This document shows positions 1 to 8,953 of a stretch of 64,000 nt of DNA, one piece after another. Position numbers and translations under genes: made by a program. This stretch comes from Dehalococcoidia bacterium (GTDB lineage Bacteria > Chloroflexota > Dehalococcoidia > UBA2979): NCBI GenBank assembly GCA_965248675.1, contig CBDFJZ010000008.1:1533256-1597255 (forward strand), read 5' to 3'. Each line of letters opens with the position of its first letter. Position 1 is the first letter of the stretch. The notes under the pieces were generated by a model. The model was not told the origin of the DNA. It saw only the letters and a list, made by a program, of their open reading frames with translations, and searched no databases.

Positions 1-1163
<1,163 letters not shown>

Positions 1164-1185
1164 GCGGCACCGCAGGAATGCGTGT

Positions 1186-2145
1186 TCAAGCTGGACCCCA
1201 ATAGCGCTCGGTCAGCAGCCCGAGGCGGCGTCGGGTCTCGACCGGCACCAGCTCCTTCGGCGTGATCAACGCACCGCCCAGCCCGTCGCGACACTCGCAC
1301 TCGGGCAGCGACCGGTCGAGCGACGCGATCGCGTGGCTGACTGCCTGCTTCGCGTGCTCCGCGTTCGCGCGCAGGTTCTCGAGGATCAGCTCGGAGCTGA
1401 CGTCCGCCTCGGTTTCGTGCCAGACGTCGTAGTCGGTGATCAGGCAGAGCGAGGCGTAGCAAAGCTCCGCCTCGCGAGCGAGCTTTGCCTCTGGCAACGC
1501 CGTCATGCCAATGATCGAGGCGCCCCAGGATCGATAGAGCGCTGATTCCGCGCGCGTGGAGAACGCGGGGCCCTCCATCACAACCAGCGTCCCGCCTCGA
1601 TGGGCGGCGACGCCGGCCGCTTCGGCGCCAGCGGCGAGCGCCTCGCAGAGCGTTGGGTCGAACGGATCGGCGAACCCGATGTGAGCGACGATCCCCTCGC
1701 CGAAGAAGCTGGAGCGCCGGCCGCGGGTGCGGTCGATCAACTGATCCGGCACCACCGCGTGACGCGGCGCCAGCTCCTCGCGGAGCGATCCCACCGCGGA
1801 CACGGTCATCACCTGCTGCGCGCCGAGCGCCTTGAGCGCGTGGATGTTCGCATGCGCCGGCAGCTCCGACGGCAGGATCCGGTGACCCTCGTCGTGCCTC
1901 GAGATGAACGCAACGCGACGGCCGTGCAGCGTCCCGATCGTGATCGCCGAGCTGGGCGCGCCGAACGGCGTCTCCATGCGAACGCGGGAGACATCGGAAA
2001 GCCCGCTCAGCGCGTAGAAGCCGGTCCCGCCGATCACCCCGATCTCGGCCTGGGCGAGGGTGCTCGGGGACGCGGCCGGCTGGTCGGCGGTGGCTACCAA
2101 ACGATCTGCTCCACTGCGTGCGCGGCGCGACCCCGCGCAACCCAC
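1186..2145 (-). CDS. mtnP: S-methyl-5'-thioadenosine phosphorylase
   Basis: IGVIGGTGFY...TPFG...GRRVAFISRHDEGHRILPSELP..ANIHALKALG...TALPEAKLAREAELCYASLCLITDYDVW matches the MTAP/PNP family. True start is probably internal (TTG at 2100). Confidence 0.85.
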   Translation of the reverse strand: MGCAGSRRARSGADRLVATADQPAASPSTLAQAEIGVIGGTGFYALSGLSDVSRVRMETPFGAPSSAITIGTLHGRRVAFISRHDEGHRILPSELPAHANIHALKALGAQQVMTVSAVGSLREELAPRHAVVPDQLIDRTRGRRSSFFGEGIVAHIGFADPFDPTLCEALAAGAEAAGVAAHRGGTLVVMEGPAFSTRAESALYRSWGASIIGMTALPEAKLAREAELCYASLCLITDYDVWHETEADVSSELILENLRANAEHAKQAVSHAIASLDRSLPECECRDGLGGALITPKELVPVETRRRLGLLTERYWGPA

Positions 2146-2349
2146 CGAGGATACCCGCAGAGCGTCCCCCGACCCGGATTCAGCGGCAATCGGGGCTCGT
2201 CAGACGGCGGCTGGTGCGCGCTGTCGATCTTCTGACGATTGCACCTCCCGCAGAGCATCTGCGGATGCTCGGTGGCATTCCGCTCTCGGACGAGGCTCGT
2301 CGTTACCATCGAGTATCGGTCGTCTCTCCTTCGCGGCGCGTCGTGTCGC

Positions 2350-2752
2350 TCAGCCCTCCTCGAGCTCGTCCGCCAAATGAGCACGGCGTTCGCGAAGCCC
2401 GAACACGAGGCCGGCTCCAAACGCTCCGTAGGCGGAGAGGAACACGAGCATCACCTGCCAGAGATGCGCGTAAGCATCGAACGTCAATACGAACAGCACA
2501 ACGCTTGCTGAGCCCGCAAGCTGTATCCAAATCGACCAACCCGCCGGAGCTGCATACACACCGGCCACCGCAGCGATCGCCAGTCCGTACACGAGCCGAA
2601 CCAGGAGCGGCGCGCTGAGGCCGGCGGCGCCGAAGACGAACGCCGGTCCGACTGACTAAGGCGAGCAAGATCGCCAGGCTCACGGCCCAGTATCGACGGT
2701 TCGTCTCGCCGATGACGAAGAAAATGACCAGGCTGCGCACGGTCCGCCACAT
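2350..2752 (-). pseudogene. Small multi-pass membrane protein, reading frame broken once
   Basis: ATG 2752: MWRTVRSLVIFFVIGETNRRYWAVSLAILLALVS. The hydrophobic continuation (GPAFVFGAAGLSAPLLVRLVYGLAIAAVAGVY...LRERRAHLADELEEG) is in another frame, which is track ORF 2350..2592. Shift near 2648..2656. Confidence 0.45.
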
Positions 2753-2854
2753 CGGGACCCCGAGACGATTATCGACACGTTGCGACCATCTCTGGCGGTG
2801 ATTCTCGGGACTGGCGGCGGGTATCATCACCCTCCAGCGGACGCACGCAACGAG

Positions 2855-3418
2855 ATGGGAACGACGGTGACCCTCGAGCGCATCAGCCCGGATGGCGTGC
2901 ACGAGGCGCGGGGGTACACCCACGTCGTGAAGTTCGGCTAGGGACGCCTCGCCTTCATCTCCGGCCAGGTCGGCGTCACCCCCGACGGCGAGGTGGTGGG
3001 CGACGATCTCGAGGCGCAGACGCGCCAGGCGTTCGCCAACCTCGGCGCGGCGCTCGATGCGCTCGGCGCGACGCCCTCGGACGTCGCGAAGATCACGACG
3101 TTCGTCGTCAACTGGTCGCCCGATCTCCGCCCGGCGCTCACCGCGGGTCGCGTCGAGTTCTTCGGCGACGAGCCACCCGCGAGCACGTTGGTCGGCGTCC
3201 AGGCGCTCGCCACCCCGGCACTGCTCGTCGAGGTGGAGGCGACGGTCGTCCTGCCGGATCCGCTAGTACTGCAGCAGCGCTTCGATCGGATGCGGCGCCA
3301 GCGGCCCGCGGCCGCCGAGTTCCGTCAACTCGATCACGAATGCGAGCCCGGCCACCGTCCCACCGAGCTCCTGAACGAGGCGCACCGTCGCGGCCGCGGT
3401 GCCGCCCGTCGCCAATAG
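2855..3418 (+). pseudogene. RidA/YjgF-family deaminase with an in-frame TAG at 2939..2941
   Basis: ATG 2855: MGTTVTLERISPDGVHEARGYTHVVKFG[TAG]GRLAFISGQVGVTPDGEVVGDDLEAQTRQAF...LVEVEATVV, all in one frame. The track only shows the part after Met 2993. The 3' end is uncertain because the ORF runs on over apt. Confidence 0.7.
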
Positions 3419-3787
3419 ATCGTCGATCACAACCACCCGGTGCCCGGCGACCGACGGATCGCGATGCAGCTCGAGCGAATCCTGGCCGTACTCCAGCTCG
3501 TAGAAGACCGAGGCGCGGTCCGCGGGCAGCTTGCCTGGCTTCCGCACGGGGACGAACGGGAGATCGAGGCGTTCCGCCACGGGAACACCGAACAGAAAGC
3601 CGCGCGCCTCGATCCCCGCGATCAGGGTCGCCTCCCAGCCGCGCGCGGTCTCGGCGAGTCGATCGTTCGCTTCTCGGAGCGCGGCAGGGTCGTGGAGCAG
3701 CGGGGTGATATCACGAAACATGATCCCCGGCTGCGGAAAGTCGGGGATCGTGCGAATGAACGCATCGAGGTCGGCTGCGCTGGTCAT
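3263..3787 (-). CDS. apt: Adenine phosphoribosyltransferase
   Basis: 174 aa. IPDFPQPGIMFRDITPLL...IEARGFLFG...VVIDDLLATGGTA is the classic Apt PRPP-binding motif set. Confidence 0.9.
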   Translation of the reverse strand: MTSAADLDAFIRTIPDFPQPGIMFRDITPLLHDPAALREANDRLAETARGWEATLIAGIEARGFLFGVPVAERLDLPFVPVRKPGKLPADRASVFYELEYGQDSLELHRDPSVAGHRVVVIDDLLATGGTAAATVRLVQELGGTVAGLAFVIELTELGGRGPLAPHPIEALLQY

Positions 3788-3881
3788 CCGACGGCATCGT
3801 TGTCGTCCCGCGCCCGACGGTCAACCCGATCGTGCCGCCGAATCGTTGACCACGCTCGGCACCGCCTCCTAGCATCGCTGA

Positions 3882-4691
3882 GTGAACCCCGTCAGATCCT
3901 TCCCGCACTCGACCGGCGATCCCTTCGCGGCGGTCGCGCCGTTTTACGATCTCGATCTCGAGGGCTACGACGAGGACGTTGCGTTCTACCGCCTGCTCGC
4001 GGAACAAGCGTCCGACGGGGGCGTGCTCGAACTCGGCTGCGGCACGGGCCGCGTCGCCCGGGCGCTCGCTGGCGACGGCTACGAGGTCGTCGGCGTCGAC
4101 ATCAGCGAGCCGATGCTGGAGATCGCGCGAGCGTCCGCCGGGGCGGCAGCGCCAACCTGGCTGCAGGCCGACCTCCGCACGCTTGACCTCGAGCGCGAGT
4201 TTCCGCTGGTGCTTGTCCCGCTCGGTGGCCTCCAGCACATGGCGGAGTTGAACGACCTCGTCGCCGCGCTCGCCTCGATCCGCCGCCATCTGGCGCCCGA
4301 GGGGCTCGCCGCGGTCGACGTCGAAGCCCCCCTGCCCGATGACTTCACGCCCGGGCCTCAGCCGCTGATCGAGCACTGGACGCGCGAGTGGCGACCGCGG
4401 GACGGCGCGTCTCCGCTAATCGTCTCCAAGCTCGTCAACGTCGAGGCGCATCCGGCGCTTGGGCGTCGCACGGTGACCTGGCATTTCGACGTCCAGGGCC
4501 TGGAGGCGCCGCTCCACCGCGTCACTACGCGGTTCGACCTCCGCACGATCACCTACGGCGAGCTGGAGCTCGCTGGCAGGCTCAGCGGCCTCGAGGTCTA
4601 CGCAGCCTGGGGCGACTACGAGATGACCCCGTTCCGCGATGGCGCGGAGCGACTGGTGGTGGCGTTCACGCGTTCGGAGGACGGCCCGTGA
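3882..4691 (+). CDS. Class I SAM-dependent methyltransferase
   Basis: 269 aa. Motif I VLELGCGTGRVARALAGDGYEVVGVDISEPML. Confidence 0.75.
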   Translation: MNPVRSFPHSTGDPFAAVAPFYDLDLEGYDEDVAFYRLLAEQASDGGVLELGCGTGRVARALAGDGYEVVGVDISEPMLEIARASAGAAAPTWLQADLRTLDLEREFPLVLVPLGGLQHMAELNDLVAALASIRRHLAPEGLAAVDVEAPLPDDFTPGPQPLIEHWTREWRPRDGASPLIVSKLVNVEAHPALGRRTVTWHFDVQGLEAPLHRVTTRFDLRTITYGELELAGRLSGLEVYAAWGDYEMTPFRDGAERLVVAFTRSEDGP

Positions 4692-4755
4692 GTATCATCG
4701 CGCCCGCCGATGGAGCAAGCATTGATCAGGTGATTGACACGATCGGGGTCACCCG

Positions 4756-5814
4756 GTGAGCGTCATCGCGCTCGATGGGATGGGGGGCGACCTCGGCGCC
4801 GAGGCGACCGTCGCCGCGGCGATCGCTGCCGCTTCGGACGGTCAGGAGGTGCTGCTCGTCGGCGACGAGGCGGTGCTCGGTCGCGAGATCGCTCGTCACG
4901 GCGCGGCGCCCTCGACGCTGAGCATCGTGCACGCAGCGGACTCGATCGGCATGGGCGAACAGGTCGCGCGCGAGGTACGGCGCCGCCGCGAATCGTCGAT
5001 CTGGGTCGGCATGGAGCTGCTCAAGAGCGGCGAAGCCCAGGCGTTCGTGTCGATGGGCAACACCGGCGCGATGCTGGCCGGAGCGCTGCTGGCGCTCGGC
5101 CGCATTCGAGGCGTCGAGCGGCCGGGCCTCGCGATCCTGCTGCCCACGCCCGGCGGGCCGTCGTTGCTGATCGATGGCGGCGCGAACGCCGAGGCGCGCC
5201 CGAATCACCTGCGGCAGTTCGCGGAGATGGGCTCGGCCTACATGCGCGCCATGTACGGCTATGACCGCCCGCGCGTCGGTCTGCTCTCGATCGGCGAGGA
5301 GGCCTCGAAAGGATCGTCGCTGATCGTCGACGCACACGCGCTGCTCCGCGTCGAACCGCAGATCAATTTCATCGGGAACATCGAGGGTGGCGACGTCATC
5401 GCGGGTGAGTATCAGGTGGTCGTGACCGACGGTTTCACGGGCAACAACGCGCTGAAGCTGATCGAGGGCACGGTCCAGATGATGTTCGACGTGATGCGAC
5501 GTCAGGCGACCGCCTCGATCCGCGGACGCCTCGGCGGAGCGTTGCTGCTGCCGGCCCTGCGCGAGGTGCGCGATCGGCTGGACTATCGCCGCTACGGCGC
5601 GGCGCCACTGCTGGGTGTCAACGGCAAGGTGTTCATCGGTCACGGCCGCAGCGATGCGGGGGCGATCGCGAACGCGATTCGGTCGGCCGAGGAGGCCGAT
5701 CGCCACGGCGTGCTCGATCAGGTGCGCGCCGCGATCAGCGCCGAGGGGCATCCGGTCCCGTCCGACAGTGGTCTCGAGGGGCCGCCAGCCGAGATCGCGC
5801 CGGCTGCCGACTGA
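4756..5814 (+). CDS. plsX: Phosphate acyltransferase PlsX
   Basis: IALDGMGGD...FVSMGNTGAMLA...LLIDGGAN...GLLSIGEE..KG...NFIGNIEG..I......VVVTDGFTGNNALK, matching PlsX along its full length. Confidence 0.9.
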   Translation: MSVIALDGMGGDLGAEATVAAAIAAASDGQEVLLVGDEAVLGREIARHGAAPSTLSIVHAADSIGMGEQVAREVRRRRESSIWVGMELLKSGEAQAFVSMGNTGAMLAGALLALGRIRGVERPGLAILLPTPGGPSLLIDGGANAEARPNHLRQFAEMGSAYMRAMYGYDRPRVGLLSIGEEASKGSSLIVDAHALLRVEPQINFIGNIEGGDVIAGEYQVVVTDGFTGNNALKLIEGTVQMMFDVMRRQATASIRGRLGGALLLPALREVRDRLDYRRYGAAPLLGVNGKVFIGHGRSDAGAIANAIRSAEEADRHGVLDQVRAAISAEGHPVPSDSGLEGPPAEIAPAAD

Positions 5815-5820
5815 GCCTCG

Positions 5821-6147
5821 CTACTCGAAGCTCGGAACCGGTGACTGCGCGCCCGCCTCGGCCGGATCGGAGCCCATTGCGCCAGCCGCCGGCGCGAACC
5901 GCCACCAGAGGCGCATCGAGTCTCGCAGCGACTCCACCGGGTCGTCCGCCCCCTCGAGGCAGGTGCCGAGATGCTCGTCGAGCACGAGCGCGCCGACGGT
6001 ATCGATGCTCGATCGGACGGCCATGAGTTGGGTGATCATATCCTCACAGGAGCGCTGATCCTCGAGCATCTTGCTGATGCCGCGAACCTGACCCTCGATT
6101 CGTCGCAATCGGGCGTGGATCTGCTCGCCGGTAGGCTGATCGCTCAT
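5821..6147 (-). CDS. CsoR/RcnR-family metal-sensing repressor (C-H-C ligand pattern)
   Basis: MSDQPTGEQIHARLRRIEGQVRGISKMLEDQRSCEDMITQLMAVRSSIDTVGALVLDEHLGTC. This is a DUF156 fold with Cys..His..Cys at the CsoR Cu(I)-ligand positions. The track ORF extends to 6204; Met at 6147 is the preferred start. Confidence 0.8.
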   Translation of the reverse strand: MSDQPTGEQIHARLRRIEGQVRGISKMLEDQRSCEDMITQLMAVRSSIDTVGALVLDEHLGTCLEGADDPVESLRDSMRLWWRFAPAAGAMGSDPAEAGAQSPVPSFE

Positions 6148-6224
6148 CGAAGTCCCCTTCATCCGCGGGAGCGGGGCCGATCGGTCCCGCTGGGGCGGGT
6201 TCATTATCCCCTACCGGGTATGGG

Positions 6225-6253
6225 TTGACATACCCCATGGGGGTATATAGAAT
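6225..6253 (+). promoter_or_regulatory. Sigma-70-like promoter TTGACA-N17-TAGAAT upstream of trxA
   Basis: TTGACA at 6225..6230, 17-nt spacer, TAGAAT at 6248..6253, about 85 nt upstream of the trxA ATG. Confidence 0.55.
6230..6246. promoter_or_regulatory. CsoR-type operator palindrome ATACCCC-ATG-GGGGTAT
   Basis: Perfect 7+7 inverted repeat inside the promoter spacer. It resembles published GC-rich CsoR operators (ATACCCC..GGGGTAT type). A weaker TACC-G-GGTA half-palindrome lies at about 6211..6220. Confidence 0.55.
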
Positions 6254-6338
6254 TTAGACCGGCGGTGCGGGAATGTCAACGAAACTGACCCCAACACAAT
6301 AACCCGCCGTATGAATACCCGATGGGGAAGGATGGGCG

Positions 6339-6665
6339 ATGGCACACCCGACTGACACGAGCGACAGCACCTTTGATTCGGACGTGATCCAGTCAGATAT
6401 GCCAGTACTGGTGGACTTCTGGGCGCCGTGGTGTGGTCCGTGTCGCATGGTCGCGCCGGTCGTGGAGGAGCTCTCCGACGACTACGACGGCAAGGTGAAG
6501 TTCGTCAAACTGAATACCGATGAGAACCCGGTCGTGGCCGGCAAGTACGGGATCCGCTCGATCCCCACGCTGCTGATCTTCAAGGGCGGCGAAGCGGTCG
6601 GCCAGGTGATTGGCTTCCGCCCGAAGAGTGACCTGGCGAAGCACCTCGACGAGGTCGTCGCCTAA
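6339..6665 (+). CDS. trxA: Thioredoxin
   Basis: 108 aa. [15 protein letters not shown] active site and [13 protein letters not shown]. Confidence 0.95.
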   Translation: MAHPTDTSDSTFDSDVIQSDMPVLVDFWAPWCGPCRMVAPVVEELSDDYDGKVKFVKLNTDENPVVAGKYGIRSIPTLLIFKGGEAVGQVIGFRPKSDLAKHLDEVVA

Positions 6666-6708
6666 CGTCATCGCCGCGTTCCAACCGACCGACCCAATCG
6701 AATAGAAA

Positions 6709-6735
6709 GGGGCTGCCCAGCGGGCAGCCCCTTTT
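6709..6735 (+). terminator. Rho-independent terminator of trxA
   Basis: GGGGCTGCCC-agc-GGGCAGCCCC followed by TTTT. Confidence 0.8.
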
Positions 6736-6838
6736 GTTGGGTGCGCAGACCCGTGCGGGCGGGTCGATGACGCTGGCGGTGCGCCGTCGATGACGGGACG
6801 GCTACGCTGGCCGCGTCGATCGGCGGGCCGCCCGCGAA

Positions 6839-7926
6839 GTGGAGCGCAAGCCTGTGGTGTCTGAATCTGAGCTTCTACTGCTCGACGCCGCGCTATCTGC
6901 GCACAGGTTGCAGCGGGTGGGGGAGCCCGAGCGGATCAGCGTCGGGACGCTCAACCGCAACTACCGCGTTCCAACCGACGACGGAGTGCTCTTCGCTCGA
7001 TGTCATCGCCCCGACCTCGAGGTCGACCGCATCCGACGGGAGCACGAGCTCGTGCGCTGGGTGGTCGATCACGATGTCCCGGCGACTCTGCCAGGTCACT
7101 TGCGAACGGCGAGACGGTGATCGAGGTAGGCGACAGTCGGTGGTCACTCTTTCCGTGGGTAGCGGGTCGCGTGCCCATTCGCGGTTCGATGACGCCTCGA
7201 GAGGCCGAGTCCATCGGCGCGGCGCATGGACTGACCCAACGGGCGCTGCTCGAGCATCCGGAATCGGCGGGGATCACCCTCCAGGGCTTGAGCGATCAAC
7301 TCGCCTGGGATACTGGTCGCTCCTTGGAAATGATCAAGCGAATCGAGCGTCAGGCGGCCCGCGCCCCCGAGCATCGAGCGGTGGTCGAGGTGCTCTCGTT
7401 TCAGCGTCAGCTACTGGAGAGCGGCGCGGCACGGTCCTTTTCCGAGTTGAGCGATCTTCCGTGCCAGCTGCTACACGGCGACTTTCACGATCAGCAGGTG
7501 CTGCTCGACGATGACGCCTCCGTGGTGGCGGTGGTCGACTGGGAGCTCATCCGACCGGCCGCCCGCGTGTGGGAGCTGATCCGTTCGCTGAGCTTCTCTC
7601 ACGTATTGGAAACCGATCTCCTGGAGCACTACGTCAGCGGCTTTCGGAGACACGTCGCGCTGACCGAGGACGAATGTCGCGGTGGGATCGAACTGTGGTG
7701 GCAGACGCGGCTGCACGGCACCTGGGTCTACGAGGCCTACTTCCTCGAGCAGAATGACCGGACCGGCCCGCTCTTCGAAGAGACGGTCGCCATCTCCGGC
7801 GCTTCGCGGATGAACGATGGCGAACCGAGATCGCGGATCGGCTCGCCGCCGCAAGCAAGCCGGCCACAACGTAGGTCGGCGCTCCAGCTCTGGATGGCAG
7901 CGGGTGGGCGAGCTCGCGCTAGATGA
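6839..7926 (+). pseudogene. Aminoglycoside/homoserine-kinase-type phosphotransferase (APH family), frameshifted
   Basis: N-terminal part is in ORF 6839..7120 (GTLNRNYRV...). The rest is in ORF 7000..7926 (LANGETVIEVGDSRWSLFPWV...LLHGDFHDQQVLLDDD..VVAVVDWE, the Brenner/DxD motifs). Shift near 7085..7105. A second shift near 7785 is possible (alternative tail HLRRFADERWRTEIADRLAAASKPATT*). Confidence 0.6.
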
Positions 7927-8470
7927 TGTTGCGCGGCTCGTTCGTCGCGCCGCCCCCACGCCGAGCGTCTGAGGGGCTCTCAGCCGAACCGTCTTCGGCC
8001 CCGTCGGCGCGGTGGCCCTTCTCCACGCGCCGCCCCTGCTTCTCCTCGAGGCGCATCAGCGCGCGGCCCTTGTCCGGGTGCGGATCCGCACGCATCCCGT
8101 AGGCCTCGCGGCCTTCGTGGTCCTCTGGCAGGTGTTCGGTGACGGGAAGACCTTCCTCGTCGCAGAACAGCAGTCAGTGGCAGTATTTCCAGCGCTGCAT
8201 CTCCTCGCAGGGGCAGATCCAGATCTTCTTTTCGATCTCCTCCTGCTTGTCCTCGAAGAACATGCACGGGCAGAGCGGCTTGCCAACCTCGTCGATGTTC
8301 TTGGCGAGGCCGATCACCAGGAAGTCGGTGATCTCTCGCTGCGGGTGGAGGTAGCTGCCGCTCTTGTTCGCGAAGTTCTCCACGAACTTCGTCATCTTCG
8401 CGATGTTCTCCGGCGAGGCCTGCGCGAGATCCTCCTCGGACGGGCGGTCGATGGTCATGAGCACTCCCAA
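7919..8470 (-). CDS. Ferredoxin:thioredoxin reductase catalytic-subunit homologue with in-frame TGA (candidate selenocysteine) at 8176..8174
   Basis: KMTKFVENFANKSGSYL...GKPLCPCMFFEDKQEEIEKKIWICPCEEMQRWKYCH[TGA]LLFCDEEG... The TGA sits where the CPC/CPC/CHC motif needs its last Cys. My codon-by-codon translation shows the frame open for 84 more codons to TAG 7921..7919. Confidence 0.7.
8141..8161 (-). other. SECIS-like hairpin 12 nt downstream of the UGA
   Basis: mRNA 5'-GACG-A-GGAA-GGUC-UUCC-CGUC-3': 4 bp, a bulged A, 4 bp, and a GGUC tetraloop. The loop starts about 21 nt after the UGA. Confidence 0.55.
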
Positions 8471-8574
8471 TCGACCCGGCAGCGAGGCCGGGCGTTCATC
8501 CTATCGGACCCTTCGCCCCTCGGGATGCGCGAGTGGCCTCGGACGCGCGCGCAGGGCGTCGGTAGAATCGCGCG

Positions 8575-8671
8575 GGGAGTGGATCGTGACCGGTGTTGCG
8601 CGCGGTCTTCAAAACCGTTGTGGGGCTACGTCGTAGTCCTGGGTGGGTTCGACCCCCACGCACTCCCGCCA
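8575..8671 (+). tRNA. selC: tRNA-Sec (anticodon UCA)
   Basis: 97 nt, folded by hand. Acceptor GGGAGUG(G)/(G)CACUCCC. D-arm CGUGAC-CGGU-GUUGCG (6-bp stem, 4-nt loop). Anticodon arm GCGGU-CUUCAAA-ACCGU. About 24-nt variable arm. T-arm GUGGG-UUCGACC-CCCAC. G73 and an encoded CCA. Confidence 0.85.
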
Positions 8672-8800
8672 CGAAGACGCCCGGTGAGGCGATTCCGCGC
8701 GTCGGATGTGCGTCCGAGCCACCGCTGCCTGCGACACAGACATCGCGAGTAGATCATCCCTGCGCGGCGACTCCACTTCCGAGCCTCGAAGGAGGAACAG

Positions 8801-8925
8801 GTGAGCGAGACAGAGCGACTCTTCGAGGGCGTGCGGATCGTCGAGTTCGGGCAATACGTCGCCGTCCGTACGCGGCAGAGCTATTCGCTCACGGCGGAGC
8901 GGACGTCGCGGTCCTCGGCGAGTAG
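8801..8925 (+). pseudogene. 5' remnant of a family III CoA-transferase gene
   Basis: GTG 8801 preceded by GAAGGAGG: MSETERLFEGVRIVEFGQYVAV. After a shift at CC 8866..8867 it reads PYAAELFAHGGADVAVLGE then TAG. Only about 41 codons remain of a gene that is normally about 400 codons. Confidence 0.5.
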
Positions 8926-8953
8926 CGCGCGTCCCTCGAGCCGCGGGCGTGAT

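Noticed and set aside
8672-8800. Genomic island or prophage integrated at selC or at tRNA-His (62062..62138).
   Set aside because: No integrase, excisionase, phage or transposase gene follows either tRNA. No direct repeat of a tRNA 3' end was noticed within the window. Only a small gene remnant lies next to selC, and that is reported separately.
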